A DNA stretch of 64,000 nucleotides from Leptonemataceae bacterium (lineage in GTDB: Bacteria > Spirochaetota > Leptospiria > Leptospirales > Leptonemataceae): positions 4,000,001 through 4,064,000 of the forward strand of contig OZ245742.1 of assembly GCA_965227295.1 (NCBI GenBank), written 5' to 3'. How positions within the stretch are numbered: position 1 is the first letter of the stretch; every line of letters starts with the position of its first letter. Below the pieces are notes generated by a model. The model had not been told where the DNA came from. It saw only the letters and a list, made by a program, of their open reading frames with translations, and did not search any database. Below are positions 18,699 to 30,421 of the stretch, piece after piece. The translations under genes were made by a program, and so were the position numbers.

Positions 18699-21305
18699 AT
18701 GTTCGATTTTACCAAACGAGCAAAACGAGTCATCAACGAGTATGCCCAGCAGGAAGCGAAGCGCCTGGGGCACGACATGATCGGGCCGGAGCACATTTTG
18801 CTCGGACTGCTGCGGGAAGAAGACTCGGTGGCCATCAAGATTCTTAAGAATCTGAACATCGATCTGAACGAACTCAAGAAAGAGGTCGAGCGCCGTTCCA
18901 AGCAGGGCGGGAACACGCTTCTGATCGATATTTCACCGAATCCGGATAAATATCAAAAAATAATCGACTATTCCAAAGAAGAAGCGAAGCGCCTGAAGCA
19001 CAACTACGTGGGCACCGAGCACATCCTGCTCGCTCTTTTGCGCGATAACAACAACGTCGCCGGGGCCGCCCTCGCAAACTTCAGCGTGAACTACTCCGTC
19101 ATTAAGGGCGAGATCCTGCGCATCCTCGGCGTGGCCACGTCGGGATCGTCCTCGTCTTCGCGGCAGGGGTCTTCCGAGAAGTCCCGCACGCCGACCCTCG
19201 ACGAGTTCGCCCGGGATCTTACCCAGCTCTCCCGCGAGAAGAAGCTGGACCCGGTCATCGGTCGGGATCAGGAAATCCAGCGCCTCGTCCAGGTGCTCTG
19301 CCGCAAGACCAAGAACAACCCCGTGCTCATCGGTGAAGCCGGCGTCGGCAAGACCGCCATCGTCGAAGGCCTGGCCGAACGCATCGTCGGTCACGACGTC
19401 CCCGATCTACTGTTCGAGAAGCGCGTCATCGCCCTCGACCTGGCGTCGTTGGTCGCCGGCACGAAGTACCGCGGTGAGTTCGAAGATCGCCTGAAGAAAA
19501 TCATGCGCGAGATTCAGAACTCCAGCAACATCATCGTGTTCATCGACGAGTTGCATACGTTGATCGGTGCCGGTGCCGCCGAAGGCGCCATCGACGCGGC
19601 GAACATGCTGAAGCCGGCTCTTGCCCGCGGTGAGATCCAGTGCATCGGCGCCACGACGCTCACCGAGTTCCGCAAGTACATCGAAAAAGATTCGGCCCTG
19701 GAGCGTCGCTTCCAGTCCATCCTGGTCAAAGAACCGTCCGCCGATGATACCATCCTCATTCTGAAAGGCCTGAAGAAAGCCTTCGAAGCGCATCACAAGG
19801 TCCACTACAGCGACGACTCGCTGGAACTGGCCGTGAAGCTGGCCGAACGTTATATCAACGATCGCTATCTACCGGACAAGGCCATCGACGTCATCGACGA
19901 GGCCGGTTCCCGGGCGCGGCTTTCGAATTCCTCCCGTCCGCAAGAGATCATCGATCTGGAAGAAGAGATCAAAGAACTCGTCCAGAAAAAAGACGACATG
20001 GTCAAGGCGCAGGAGTACGAAAAGGCGGCCCAGATCCGCGACGCCATTAATCTAAAAAAAGAAGTCCTGGAAGAGAAGATCAACCAGTGGCAGGAGCGCA
20101 TCGCCGACTACTCCGTGGACATTTCCCCGGAGGACATCTACGCGGTGATTTCGCTGTGGACCGGGATCCCGCTCGAAAAGATCGAAGAGGGCGAGGCCGA
20201 AAAACTGCTCCGCATGGAAGAAGAGATCGCGGCCCGCGTGGTGGCGCAGTCCGAGGCGGTGCAGCAGGTGGCTCGCGCCGTTCGTCGCGCGCGCACCGGT
20301 TTTAAGGACCACAAGAAACCCTCGGGTTCGTTCATCTTTCTGGGGCCCACCGGCGTCGGCAAAACCGAACTTGCCCGGGCTCTGGCGGACTTTCTCTTCG
20401 GCGACGAGAAGAAGCTCTTCCGCCTGGACATGTCCGAGTACATGGAACCGCACTCCATCTCGAAGCTCATCGGTTCGCCGCCGGGCTACGTGGGCTACGA
20501 TGACGCCGGTCAGCTCTCCGAGTTCGTCCGCCGCAATCCGTACTCGGTGGTGCTTTTCGACGAAGTCGAGAAAGCGCACCCGGATATCTTCAACCTGCTG
20601 CTGCAAATCCTCGACGAGGGTACCTTAACGGATACCCACGGTCGCAAAGTGGACTTCTCGGAGACGATCATCATCATGACGTCGAATCTGGGGGCGCGGG
20701 AAATGCAGCGCGGCGGCAAGCTGGGCTTCGCCGAAGACTCAAGCCGTCGCGAACAGATGAAGAAAGATCGGGTCATGGAAGAGCTCAAGAAGCACTTCAA
20801 CCCGGAATTTCTCAACCGCATCGACGAGATCATCACGTTCCACACGCTCACGAAAGAACACATTCGCAAGATCATCGACATCATGCTCATGCGCATGAAT
20901 CGCCAGCTCCAGGATAAGAAAATCCTGCTCACGATGGACGAGGACGCGAAGGACCTCATCGCCGACAAGGGTTACGACGAAAAGTATGGGGCGCGGCCGT
21001 TACGCCGAACTCTGCAACGCGAAGTAGAGGACTACATGGCGAATCGTATGCTGGAAGGCGCTTACAAAGAGCCCACTGAGATTACGGCGGGCGTGGAGAC
21101 GGTGGAAGATCACAAACTTCTGAAGTACGACGAGAAACCCTGGCCGGGCTACGAGGCCATTCGTCGGGCCCGGGAAGAAGAGATCGCTCGCAAAGAAGAG
21201 GAACTGAACAAACGCAAGGGCGCTCCGTCTCCGGACAGCACCGAGGCCGGCGATGATGATTCGGAGCCGGCCGAGCAGTCCGCCAATACGGGGCAGGTAA
21301 GCTAG
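18699..21305 (+). CDS. clpC: ATP-dependent Clp protease ATP-binding subunit ClpC
   Basis: Clp N repeats, GEAGVGKT and GPTGVGKT Walker A motifs, UVR-type middle domain, GARPLRR. Confidence 0.96.
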   Translation: MFDFTKRAKRVINEYAQQEAKRLGHDMIGPEHILLGLLREEDSVAIKILKNLNIDLNELKKEVERRSKQGGNTLLIDISPNPDKYQKIIDYSKEEAKRLKHNYVGTEHILLALLRDNNNVAGAALANFSVNYSVIKGEILRILGVATSGSSSSSRQGSSEKSRTPTLDEFARDLTQLSREKKLDPVIGRDQEIQRLVQVLCRKTKNNPVLIGEAGVGKTAIVEGLAERIVGHDVPDLLFEKRVIALDLASLVAGTKYRGEFEDRLKKIMREIQNSSNIIVFIDELHTLIGAGAAEGAIDAANMLKPALARGEIQCIGATTLTEFRKYIEKDSALERRFQSILVKEPSADDTILILKGLKKAFEAHHKVHYSDDSLELAVKLAERYINDRYLPDKAIDVIDEAGSRARLSNSSRPQEIIDLEEEIKELVQKKDDMVKAQEYEKAAQIRDAINLKKEVLEEKINQWQERIADYSVDISPEDIYAVISLWTGIPLEKIEEGEAEKLLRMEEEIAARVVAQSEAVQQVARAVRRARTGFKDHKKPSGSFIFLGPTGVGKTELARALADFLFGDEKKLFRLDMSEYMEPHSISKLIGSPPGYVGYDDAGQLSEFVRRNPYSVVLFDEVEKAHPDIFNLLLQILDEGTLTDTHGRKVDFSETIIIMTSNLGAREMQRGGKLGFAEDSSRREQMKKDRVMEELKKHFNPEFLNRIDEIITFHTLTKEHIRKIIDIMLMRMNRQLQDKKILLTMDEDAKDLIADKGYDEKYGARPLRRTLQREVEDYMANRMLEGAYKEPTEITAGVETVEDHKLLKYDEKPWPGYEAIRRAREEEIARKEEELNKRKGAPSPDSTEAGDDDSEPAEQSANTGQVS

Positions 21306-21316
21306 GTGGCACCAGG

Positions 21317-21817
21317 TTGAACGATTGGGGGACGGTCGGTAGTTGGGTCGTCTACGGAGGGCTTCCGGTCCTCGGGATGGTGCTGGCTGTACTTCTATTC
21401 TTAACGCTGCTGTTTCTCCGCCGCCACTTCGGTGTTTCGTCGTTGGTCCAGGCGGAGATCCTCCGCCTGAACCCGCTGTTTCACCCGGACCATCCCATTC
21501 GCACGGAGTGGCTTCAGTGCGATTACGCCTTCACCGTGCGGGACGAACCTTTTGCCGGGACGTGCCTATTGCCCGTGCATCTTTTTCTCGGGCACCCGCA
21601 GCAGATCATGATCTGGAAGGACAGCCGTCTCGATCTGCCGGTGCTCTTTCATGACGGGCGACGCTTCGTCGGGGCGGAGAGCATCGAACACTATCTGCTG
21701 ACGTTCCGCGAACACATCCGCATTCGTTATCGAAACAGGGATCCGCTGCACAACGCTCCGGTGGAAGCGGATATCCTTCCGAAAAAAGTGGTCGAAAATA
21801 GATCGACCGGCTCCTGA
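21317..21817 (+). CDS. Hypothetical protein with an N-terminal TM helix
   Basis: Fills the gap between co-oriented genes; hydrophobic N-terminus. Confidence 0.6.
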   Translation: MNDWGTVGSWVVYGGLPVLGMVLAVLLFLTLLFLRRHFGVSSLVQAEILRLNPLFHPDHPIRTEWLQCDYAFTVRDEPFAGTCLLPVHLFLGHPQQIMIWKDSRLDLPVLFHDGRRFVGAESIEHYLLTFREHIRIRYRNRDPLHNAPVEADILPKKVVENRSTGS

Positions 21818-21827
21818 CTGGCCGAAT

Positions 21828-22628
21828 ATGTCCCGTTTTCTGCAATGCACCCGAACCGCGCGCGCGGTGTCCGTCTTTATTCTGCTGTGCTTCGTTACAC
21901 TGCCGGCCTTCGCGCTGGCGCCGCGCTACGAAGAGGCGTTGAAGCTGTTTCACGACGGCAAGTTCGACGCGTCGCTGGAAGTCATCCGCGCGGTCTTCGA
22001 CGATAACAAGGGCGCCATCGAACTCCGCCTCCTGGCCGCGCACAATTACCTGGGCAAACGCGATTTCGAAAACGCTCGCGCGCACATGGAGTACTGTATG
22101 CAACAGCATCCGGATCGCTTCGAGTGCCGGGCGGTGTTGTCGACGATTCTGCGCGAGCAGGGACGGTCCGGGGCGGCCCTGCAGGTGCTCGCCGCGGCCA
22201 TTCGTAAGTTCGGCAATGTTCCGGAGCTGAGGCTGGAAGCAGCGGCAGCGCACTTCGCGCAGGGTTCCTACGGAACCGCTCGCACGCATCTCGAAAAGGT
22301 CATTGCCGAAGACTCGCGGAACTTCGCCGCCATTTACATGGACGGGCTTATCTTCCTCAAGCAGCGCCAGTACAGCAACGCCGAGTTTCGCCTGCAAAAC
22401 GCGCTGGATCTCAAACCGAAAAACAAGACCGATCTCGTAAACCTGTACGTGAATCTCGGCTTTGCGTACGAAGGCCAGGGCGATGCCCTCGTCAGTGAAG
22501 GCAAGTCTGCGGATGCTGCGGTGCGCTTTCGCGAAGCGTTGCGCTACTATACCTTCGCATTGCGCCTGGACCCGGACAATAGCACGGCGCGCGGCAATCG
22601 AGCCCGCGTGGAGGCCAAAGAGATCTAA
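21828..22628 (+). CDS. Exported TPR protein
   Basis: Signal peptide plus TPR motifs. Confidence 0.8.
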   Translation: MSRFLQCTRTARAVSVFILLCFVTLPAFALAPRYEEALKLFHDGKFDASLEVIRAVFDDNKGAIELRLLAAHNYLGKRDFENARAHMEYCMQQHPDRFECRAVLSTILREQGRSGAALQVLAAAIRKFGNVPELRLEAAAAHFAQGSYGTARTHLEKVIAEDSRNFAAIYMDGLIFLKQRQYSNAEFRLQNALDLKPKNKTDLVNLYVNLGFAYEGQGDALVSEGKSADAAVRFREALRYYTFALRLDPDNSTARGNRARVEAKEI

Positions 22629-24058
22629 TGCCCCGTTCCGGCACAACGACGGAACGGCGACGCCCCACGGTGGCGGTCCAGACCCTCGGTTGCCGTTTGA
22701 ACCAGTACGAATCCGACGGCATTCTGAATCGTTTCGTAGACAGCGGACGTTATACTGCCGTGCGGCCGGAGGACGGGCCGGACATCGCCATCGTCAACAG
22801 TTGTACCGTGACCGACCAGGCCGACGGCCGAAACCGCGGGGCCGTGCGCTCGTTTCTCAGGAAGAACCCCGACGCCACCGTAATCGTCACCGGTTGTTTC
22901 GCGCAGACCGACCCGGAACTGCTGAAAGACTTACCGGGCGTGGCGTTGGTCGTGGGCAACGATCGCAAGCCGGCATTGTTTGATCTCGTTGAAGAAATGC
23001 TCGCGGACTCCGGTTCCGCCGATGTATACGAGCCGCAATTTTACGAAGAATCCGAGCGTCTGCGCAAACATGCGGACGGTGGAAGTTACGGGGCGCGCCC
23101 CATCCTGGAGAATCCCTTCGGTTACGGCGATGTCGTTCCGTTGGGACACACGCGCGCCTACATGAAAATCCAGGACGGCTGCGATCGACGCTGCACGTAC
23201 TGCAAGATTCCCATGGCCCGCGGTCGCGGCATCTCCCGGCCGACGCACGACATCCTGGAGCACGTCCGCCGCCTGGACGGTGAGGGCGTGCCGGAAATCG
23301 TGCTCACCGGTGTGAACCTGGGCTGGTATCGGGATCGTGCTCAGGACGTGCGTTTCATCGGGCTCATCGAGAAGATTCTGGACGCAATCGGACACGCGCG
23401 CCTGCGGATTTCCAGCATTGAACCGTGCGATGTGGACGCGCCCCTGGCCGAACTCTCGCTGCACCCGCGGTTCTGCGATTTTCTGCACGTACCGCTCCAG
23501 AGCGGCTCGGCGAGGATTCTTAAGGCCATGCGTCGAACCTACAGCCCCTTCAGTTTTCTCAAGCGCATGGAGACCGTGCTTGCCATCAATCCGCGGCTGT
23601 TTCCGGGCACGGACGTCATTGTGGGGTTTCCGGGCGAAACCGAGGATGACTTCACCGATAGCCTGAAGCTCTGCCGGGATACGCAAATGGCGAACATCCA
23701 CGGCTTTCGCTATTCGCCGCGCCGGGGCACGCCGGCCTCGGACTTCGCCGATCATGTGCCGATGCATGTCGTGCGCGAACGCATGCAGCGCCTCATTGCT
23801 GAAAAAGATGCCGGCTTTCGTGCGTACGCGGAGCGGTTCTTTGGCAGTGTGCGCGAGGGGATCGTTGAAAAGCCGGGCGCCGGCGAACTGGAAGTTCTTA
23901 CCGATAACTATTTGCGTGTGAAAGTTACGCCTGCAGACCGGAGGCCGCGCAAGGGAGCATTGATCCCCGTGCGCATTCGGGACTTCGCGCCGGCCGGAGA
24001 CGGCAACGACGCCAACGCCGCGGCACGCTTTCTTCTCGTCGGCGAACTTGCAGACTGA
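22628..24058 (+). CDS. mtaB: tRNA t6A37 methylthiotransferase (radical SAM)
   Basis: TLGCRLNQYES, NSCTVT, KIQDGCDRRCTYC, VLTGVNLG, LRISSIEP, TDNY. Confidence 0.9.
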   Translation: MPRSGTTTERRRPTVAVQTLGCRLNQYESDGILNRFVDSGRYTAVRPEDGPDIAIVNSCTVTDQADGRNRGAVRSFLRKNPDATVIVTGCFAQTDPELLKDLPGVALVVGNDRKPALFDLVEEMLADSGSADVYEPQFYEESERLRKHADGGSYGARPILENPFGYGDVVPLGHTRAYMKIQDGCDRRCTYCKIPMARGRGISRPTHDILEHVRRLDGEGVPEIVLTGVNLGWYRDRAQDVRFIGLIEKILDAIGHARLRISSIEPCDVDAPLAELSLHPRFCDFLHVPLQSGSARILKAMRRTYSPFSFLKRMETVLAINPRLFPGTDVIVGFPGETEDDFTDSLKLCRDTQMANIHGFRYSPRRGTPASDFADHVPMHVVRERMQRLIAEKDAGFRAYAERFFGSVREGIVEKPGAGELEVLTDNYLRVKVTPADRRPRKGALIPVRIRDFAPAGDGNDANAAARFLLVGELAD

Positions 24059-24690
24059 TGCAGAACATCGTCCTGCTTCTTACCGCCAACGCGATCGCTC
24101 AGTTCAGTCCCGGTCCGGACATGTTGCTCTTGATGCGCAACGCCGCGACAGCCGGCCGGCCTGCGGCCCTCGCCACGGTGCTCGGCATCTGCAGCGGGCT
24201 CAGCGTTCACATTACCGTTTCCGTGGTGGGTCTCGGCGCGGTGCTCGCCCAAAACCTGTTCGTATTCCAGGGGTTTCTGCTGGGAGCGTGCGCTTATCTC
24301 GGCTACCTGGGATGCAAATCGCTGCTCGCCGGCGAAGATGAAAGCGCAGCTGCGGGCGACGTCGATCAGGGTGTGCAGCGGCATAAGTCGGCTTTTACGG
24401 CCTATCGCGAAGGTCTGTGGACGAATTTACTGAACGCCAAGGCGGCGCTGTTTTTTCTGAGTCTGTTCAGTCTGGTGATCGGGCCGGAGACCGGCGCGGC
24501 GACAAAGGCCGGCTACGGTGTGATGTTGGTCGTTCAGGCGGCGGTGCTCTGGGCGTTGTTCGTGCTGGGATTGCAGACGGAATTCTTGCAGAAGCATATG
24601 CGCCGGAGTCGTGCGGCCCTGGATCGTTTGTTCGGTTTGCTACTGATCGTGGTGGCGCTGAAGATCTTCTGGGATAACTTCGTATCCTGA
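24058..24690 (+). CDS. LysE/RhtB family translocator
   Basis: SPGPD, GLWTNLLNAKAALFF. Confidence 0.9.
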   Translation: MQNIVLLLTANAIAQFSPGPDMLLLMRNAATAGRPAALATVLGICSGLSVHITVSVVGLGAVLAQNLFVFQGFLLGACAYLGYLGCKSLLAGEDESAAAGDVDQGVQRHKSAFTAYREGLWTNLLNAKAALFFLSLFSLVIGPETGAATKAGYGVMLVVQAAVLWALFVLGLQTEFLQKHMRRSRAALDRLFGLLLIVVALKIFWDNFVS

Positions 24691-24707
24691 GCGCCGGTAC
24701 GCCAGGG

Positions 24708-25411
24708 TCAAAGCCGGATCAGTTCTTTTTGAAACGCGGAGAATCGGGAATACTCGCGCCTGATCTTCGAAAACCACTGCCGGACTTCTACTTCGCGACC
24801 GACCCGGGGCGCCAGTTCCACGCAGCAGGCCATGAACATCGCCACCTGACTGTAGTACCGCCTGCGCTTTTCCCCGAGAATCCCCCGCGCTCTGTTTTCA
24901 GCCGCAGGCGGTTCTCGTGCGTTCGCCGGCACCGAGGAGGCGCACCAGCCGGGTAAGATTCGCCTCAGTAACCCAGGCCTTCTTCAGGCGAAACAGCACA
25001 TCTCCGGTCCCATTGGTGGCCGAGGTCAATTTCTCCATCGAACAGGGGCGGCGATAGCGCCGCCAAAATCTCGTGCGCGTTCTCGTAAGCGCCCGCCAGA
25101 AAAGCCCGTGTCGCGATGCGCAGGCATTCGTTGATGGGAGCCGGATCGGCGTAATTCATCTCGACGGCCTCGCGAATCACCTGCATGGCCCACACGACAT
25201 CCTTCCGGGGCGGCTGCACAGGTCGCCACTCGGACGCGGCCTGTGCAGCCCGGGTGAGCAGGAAGTCGCTACAGCGATTGAAGTGTTCGTCGTCCAATTG
25301 TTGCAGAATGGCTCGCAGGCAGGAGCGCAGCTCTTCGGCGTCCATTGCTTCGAGGGCGCCTTCCATCGGTGATTGGTTTTGATTTCGGATGTCGTTGTTG
25401 TGCCTAATCAT
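24708..25411 (-). pseudogene. Probable internally deleted hypothetical gene (N-part 24965-25411, C-part 24708-24932)
   Basis: Protein-like helical ORF ends abruptly after DGEIDLGHQ; a short downstream frame (KRRRYY...IRREYSRFSAFQKEL) reads like a C-terminus. Confidence 0.5.
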
Positions 25412-26054
25412 CGGATTCGTAGTCGTGCTTCACGTAGTTCGCGTCGATTTCCTTTTGTTCCTCGGTCTTCGCGATTTCCAGGCCGTAGATGTAACGGTTC
25501 GTGCGCAGGCTATTCGTGATCCGGTAACCGGCGTCTTCGATGAAAAACGTCATGCGATCCTTTGAGATCTTCTGCGCCAATTCCGGTCCGGACGGCGCTT
25601 CGATTTTTTCCCAATCGAGGATGACCAGGCGGCCGTCGTTCTTGAGGCTGCGGCCGATCCCGCGAATGGCCAGGGCCGGGTCCGCAAACGTTGAAAGCAC
25701 GCACGAGCAGAAAATAAGATCCATGGGGGCAATCCAGTCCGGGAGGAGCGGATGCTCGGTGCGCTCAATGTAGAAGGGGATGAACCGATCGAAGTCTTCC
25801 CGAACCTTCAGGCGGAGAACCTCGTCGATGAGTTCTTCTTGCGCCTCGGCGCCCCAGATCTGACACTCCTCTCCAATGAATCGGTAGAACGCCGGCAGGA
25901 AGTAGCCGTTGCCCATGCCGAAGTCGAGCAGGTTCTCAACATCGGCCCATTGCAATTGGGACAGCAGACGATCCGCCGGAAACAATTCCCGGCGCTCCCG
26001 GGACAGGAGATACTCGTGATACTCGGGTTCTTCGTAGTACGGCCGGCCGCGCAT
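25404..26054 (-). CDS. Class I SAM-dependent methyltransferase
   Basis: LLDFGMGNG motif I, LKNDGRLVILDW. Confidence 0.85.
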   Translation of the reverse strand: MRGRPYYEEPEYHEYLLSRERRELFPADRLLSQLQWADVENLLDFGMGNGYFLPAFYRFIGEECQIWGAEAQEELIDEVLRLKVREDFDRFIPFYIERTEHPLLPDWIAPMDLIFCSCVLSTFADPALAIRGIGRSLKNDGRLVILDWEKIEAPSGPELAQKISKDRMTFFIEDAGYRITNSLRTNRYIYGLEIAKTEEQKEIDANYVKHDYESDD

Positions 26055-26187
26055 GCTCGGTAAAAGGGAAACCGTTCACGGCCGGCAACAATTCGACGCC
26101 GGCCCTCGTCCAATGGATAACTTCGTCTGGCCGGCGCTGGATTTCAGGCCTCGGGTCTCCGATAAGAACTATAAGGTCATCCGGATT

Positions 26188-28185
26188 ATGTCAATTCGTT
26201 TCGCAATAACGGGACTGCTTGCTTTCCTGTGTTTCGTCGCGTCCGCGCGCGCGCAGAACACGGCGTCCCTGGTTCCAGGCATCGACGATCTGCCGACCGC
26301 GCAGTATCCGGAAGGGGATCCGCGCCGGAAGACACAACCGTCTCCGAACGGTGGAGGCGGTGGTGAAGATGGAACCGGCGACGGCGGGGGCGGCGGAGAC
26401 GCCGTGGTGCAGGTGGATGAGCGTTTCCCGCTGATCCGTGGCATCAAGGTCGAAGCGGACAAGGAGTATCCGCATTCCGTCCGCATTTCCTGGGAGGTCG
26501 ATCCGGCCTCGGACACGGCCATCTACGTCGGTCGGTACATCCGCCCGCTGTCCACGCGGCGCCTGGTGCTCGAAGCGGAGAACCTGACCTCGCCGCCCCT
26601 GGGCCCGAAAGAGAACTCCTACCTGGATCGCAACGTGCCGGACGGCGCCTACTACTACGTCGTGGTTACCACGTTTGAGATGAGCAAACGCGACGACGTG
26701 CGGCTAAAACCCGAGGTGAACTATACCACGAAGCCGATCGTCATCTTTCGTAAGGACGAAGAAGAGAAACAGGAGCCCGGCGCGGAAGTACCGGAGGTTC
26801 GCAATCTTACTGCCATCAATGCCGCCAACTCCGTAAAACTGAACTGGTCCGCGGCGGGGGTCGACAACGCCATCTATAACGTATATCGCAGTGATAAGCC
26901 CCTCGATACTCCGAACTCCCTGGACCAGGCCCGGCGTATCGGAGTGGTGCGCGGCGGCCAGTTGCTCTACGAGGACCTGGAGCCCGTCCAGGATCAGCCG
27001 CGGTACTACGGTGTTACCGTAAGCAAGGCCGACAAAGAGTATCGCGCACTAACTTTGAATCGTTCGTACATTGCGCATACCTTTCAGCGCAAGGAGCCCA
27101 TTTCCGAGGATAACGCTAAGTTTCTTCCGGATGCACTTACGGCATTCCTGGCCGGTGCGGATGCGGTGACGCTGCTCTGGACCCCGCCGGAGGCCGATGT
27201 TCGTGACCTGCGCGTCTATCGTTCCGGGCGGCCCATTACCAGCGAGGCGGCTCTGAATAACGCGCGTTTCCTCGGCCGCGTAAAGTCCGGTGAAACGAAG
27301 TTTCGGGATACGAAGCTTCGTCCGGGGACCTACTACTACGCCGTCATGCCGCGGACGGAGAAGGGCGAACTGCGTTTCTTTGAGGAAGGTCGGACTTTCA
27401 CGGGCTGGGCGGTGACGATCTTTCCGCAGAATCGCGAGGAAGAAGAGCAGAAGGAAGTCGACGGTAAGACCACGGACGACAACGAGCTGGAATTCTCGGA
27501 GGACGAGAAGCAGTCCCTCACGGAACCGGCGCTGGAGTACATCGCCGCCGACGCGAACGACGACTCGGTGTCCCTCGAATGGAACGTGGTGCGTGAGGAC
27601 CTGGCCCAGGACTATCGCCTGTTACTGTATCGCGGCGAGCGTCCCATGCGAACATATGCCGAAGTGCAGGAATGGGGCCGCCTGGTGTCGGAGTTCCCTG
27701 CCGGGACCTCGAAGTATCGCGACATCGGCCTGGACGAAGGTGCGTACTATTACGCAATTCTGTTGGAGCTCGAACAGGGCGTGCAGCGTACCATGGTCGC
27801 CGGGCGAAATTACACGCGCTTCCCGGCGCGCATCGGCGGGCGGGAAACGGACGACGGACGCGAAGATGAGAGCCTGGATCCGGATGAACGCCGCGAAGAG
27901 CCGAACTTCGAATTCGACGGCAGCCTGGACCAACTGAACCGGATTCTCGCGGAGACCTACTTCAAAGAAAAATACACGGATGCCGTACGGCGCATCGAAC
28001 CGTTTACACGGTCGACGGTTCCGCGCCATGTGCGGGCCCGGGCGTTGCTGTATACCGGACTCTCTTACTATCACATGAAACGTTACCGTGTGAGTCTCGA
28101 TTATTTCTTGCAGGAGAGCGTGCGCCAGGAGTATCCGGAACGTTCGAGTTTCTGGTACGACCGCACGATCAAAAAGCTGGACTAA
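26188..28185 (+). CDS. Exported protein with repeated fibronectin-III-like modules and a C-terminal TPR
   Basis: Signal peptide from ATG 26188; four repeats of V.L.W...YR...P...D...YYY.V. Confidence 0.75.
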   Translation: MSIRFAITGLLAFLCFVASARAQNTASLVPGIDDLPTAQYPEGDPRRKTQPSPNGGGGGEDGTGDGGGGGDAVVQVDERFPLIRGIKVEADKEYPHSVRISWEVDPASDTAIYVGRYIRPLSTRRLVLEAENLTSPPLGPKENSYLDRNVPDGAYYYVVVTTFEMSKRDDVRLKPEVNYTTKPIVIFRKDEEEKQEPGAEVPEVRNLTAINAANSVKLNWSAAGVDNAIYNVYRSDKPLDTPNSLDQARRIGVVRGGQLLYEDLEPVQDQPRYYGVTVSKADKEYRALTLNRSYIAHTFQRKEPISEDNAKFLPDALTAFLAGADAVTLLWTPPEADVRDLRVYRSGRPITSEAALNNARFLGRVKSGETKFRDTKLRPGTYYYAVMPRTEKGELRFFEEGRTFTGWAVTIFPQNREEEEQKEVDGKTTDDNELEFSEDEKQSLTEPALEYIAADANDDSVSLEWNVVREDLAQDYRLLLYRGERPMRTYAEVQEWGRLVSEFPAGTSKYRDIGLDEGAYYYAILLELEQGVQRTMVAGRNYTRFPARIGGRETDDGREDESLDPDERREEPNFEFDGSLDQLNRILAETYFKEKYTDAVRRIEPFTRSTVPRHVRARALLYTGLSYYHMKRYRVSLDYFLQESVRQEYPERSSFWYDRTIKKLD

Positions 28186-28188
28186 GAC

Positions 28189-29370
28189 ATGAACCGATTG
28201 CAACTTACGATCCTCCTGTTCGGCGCGCTGATGATATTCGGCGGCGTGGCCGTGCTCTTTGCCGCCGGCGGCATCGGCTGGAGCGCCGAAGAACTGGCCG
28301 CCCAACGTCGTAGCGAGGCCTACGTCGACCTGCGCGAAGCCGACGAGTATCTGCGCCAGAATTCCAGGGAGTCCGCTCGTGCGGCGTCCGTAATCTTCAA
28401 TCGCGTGCTCGCCCGAAACATTGCGCCGGACATCAACGACGTGGCGACCTACGGCCTGGCCGTGGCCCTGGAAAAAATGGACGATCGCCAGGCGGCATTG
28501 GAGTACTACCGTGAACTGAAAGAGCGCGGTGTCGATGACCTGGCCCTGGCCGATCGCGTGGACTATTCCCTGGGCAAGCTGCTGCTCTACATCGATCACG
28601 AAGAAGAAGGCAGTTCCCTGCTAAAGACGCTGCTCGCCCGCACGAAGGACAAACGCCTCAAATCTAAGATCCACGCCGCCTTCGGTCACTTCGCTTTGCG
28701 CAAGGGGCAACGCAATCGTGCCGAGGCGAATTTCCGCATCGCTCTGAAATACGATCCCGAGAACCTCCAGGCGGAGCGCGGTCGCGCGGCGGCGCTGAAG
28801 GGCCAGGGCCGTGCCTGGGAAGCCTACAAGCACTACGACGATTACCTCGTGGGCAACGGCAACCTGGATCCAAAAGAGAAACAGGAACTTTCATCGGATC
28901 TGCGCCGGGACGCTTACAGCCGCGGCATCGCCGCTTATCGCCAGGGCCGCTATCACGACGCGGCCGGCTATCTGAACCGCGCGTTGCGTACTTCAGGCGA
29001 CGCCCGGATTACGGAAAAGTCGTTATTCTGGCTGGGAGAAAGTTACGCCGGGGCCGGTCAGGATGATAAAGCCTTAAGCTACTATGATCGTACATTAAAG
29101 AACGCCGACTCGACCTACGACCAGGCGGCCCTTGTAAAGAAAGGCATCCTATTGGAAAAGAAGGGCAACCTGGAAGAAGCCGGTGCCGCTTTCCAGCGGG
29201 CCGTCGAAGACTACCCGGGCGGTCGTTATACGGATCGCGCCCTGGAATGGCGTCAGGAGGTCCTGGCACAACTCCGCGAAAAGGCGATCGTCGAGAACAG
29301 TGCGTACGACGAAAAACGGGAGCCGGAGAAAGACGAGGCGACCGAAGAAAAGAAACAGGCTGAGGAATAG
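28189..29370 (+). CDS. Membrane-anchored TPR protein
   Basis: N-terminal TM helix, TPRs (SLFWLGESY, VEDYPGG). Confidence 0.8.
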   Translation: MNRLQLTILLFGALMIFGGVAVLFAAGGIGWSAEELAAQRRSEAYVDLREADEYLRQNSRESARAASVIFNRVLARNIAPDINDVATYGLAVALEKMDDRQAALEYYRELKERGVDDLALADRVDYSLGKLLLYIDHEEEGSSLLKTLLARTKDKRLKSKIHAAFGHFALRKGQRNRAEANFRIALKYDPENLQAERGRAAALKGQGRAWEAYKHYDDYLVGNGNLDPKEKQELSSDLRRDAYSRGIAAYRQGRYHDAAGYLNRALRTSGDARITEKSLFWLGESYAGAGQDDKALSYYDRTLKNADSTYDQAALVKKGILLEKKGNLEEAGAAFQRAVEDYPGGRYTDRALEWRQEVLAQLREKAIVENSAYDEKREPEKDEATEEKKQAEE

Positions 29371-29396
29371 GGCTCCAGCCTTCGCGATAGCACTGC

Positions 29397-30353
29397 CTAC
29401 TCGTACTCTCGTTGCGGGTCCGGATTCTCGTCGTCGCCGGGCAGCGAGACATCCAGGCCCGCCTTTTCGTAGATGAACGGCACAATGTCCGTAAGCCTGC
29501 GAATGCGCCCGGGAACCTCGGCGGCGTATTTGCCGAAAGCGAAGGTGGGCACCTTGTTGTTCGTATGGGACTTCGTGCTCAAATCCTCTAGGTTTCCATG
29601 ATCCGAAGTTATGAGCAGGAGCTCTTCCTCGGGATCGATTGTTTCCACGATGCCGGCAATGAATTCTTCCAGGGTGCGGACGACCCATTCCGCCAGATCG
29701 AAGGCCTGATCATGGCCGGCTTTGTCGCTCAGGAAAAACTCAAAGACGCACAGCTCGTAGCGCCGGGCCATCGCCACGAGGTCCCGCCCGCGCTGCCTCG
29801 CATCGATCAACGGGAAACGGCCGGCCTCGTCCGGATACAACCGGTGCATGATCTCATGCGTGATGTCCATATAAAGCGCGTCCCCGCGTTCGAGGTCCGT
29901 CAGGCGCTTGAGGGCCTGACCGGACGCGGTATGCAGGTGGGTGGAAGCGGATTTCAGGCGCGGCTTCTGCTGGATGCGCTGCACGTAGTCGTCGGAATAG
30001 GCGTTCAGCAAGGTGGCGGGGCGACCGGCGTCGTGAAAGGCTTTGATGACCGAATACTCCCGAATGACTCGAATCAGCGTCGGCCCGGGGAAACCGGTCT
30101 TGTGTCGCTGCATGGCCCGGACTCCGTTCGTGCCGGTCCACAGGGACGTCTGGCCCGTGGCCGATTGGGGGAGGCCGTCAAAGCCCAGGTGCGCGTCTGT
30201 TTCGGCGATTTCCCAGCCCTCTGCCGTGGATTCCGATGGAGATATGTCGCCCGGAGCCGATAAATAAGACAGGGCGTAGCGGCTGAACGGATTGCGGTCG
30301 GGATCGTTCTCCCCGAGACCCACGCCGTCGATAAATAGATAAATTACCCGCAC
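29397..30353 (-). CDS. Alkaline-phosphatase-superfamily metalloenzyme (phosphoglycerate mutase / phosphopentomutase-like)
   Basis: LFIDGVG, PQSATGQT, DKAGH, ITSDHGN, HTNNKVP. Confidence 0.85.
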   Translation of the reverse strand: MRVIYLFIDGVGLGENDPDRNPFSRYALSYLSAPGDISPSESTAEGWEIAETDAHLGFDGLPQSATGQTSLWTGTNGVRAMQRHKTGFPGPTLIRVIREYSVIKAFHDAGRPATLLNAYSDDYVQRIQQKPRLKSASTHLHTASGQALKRLTDLERGDALYMDITHEIMHRLYPDEAGRFPLIDARQRGRDLVAMARRYELCVFEFFLSDKAGHDQAFDLAEWVVRTLEEFIAGIVETIDPEEELLLITSDHGNLEDLSTKSHTNNKVPTFAFGKYAAEVPGRIRRLTDIVPFIYEKAGLDVSLPGDDENPDPQREYE

Positions 30354-30421
30354 GAATTCGCAAACTCTCGCCGCAGCACCTGTTGTATATTAAAAGAAAA
30401 GACCAGTAGAGCCCGTATCCT

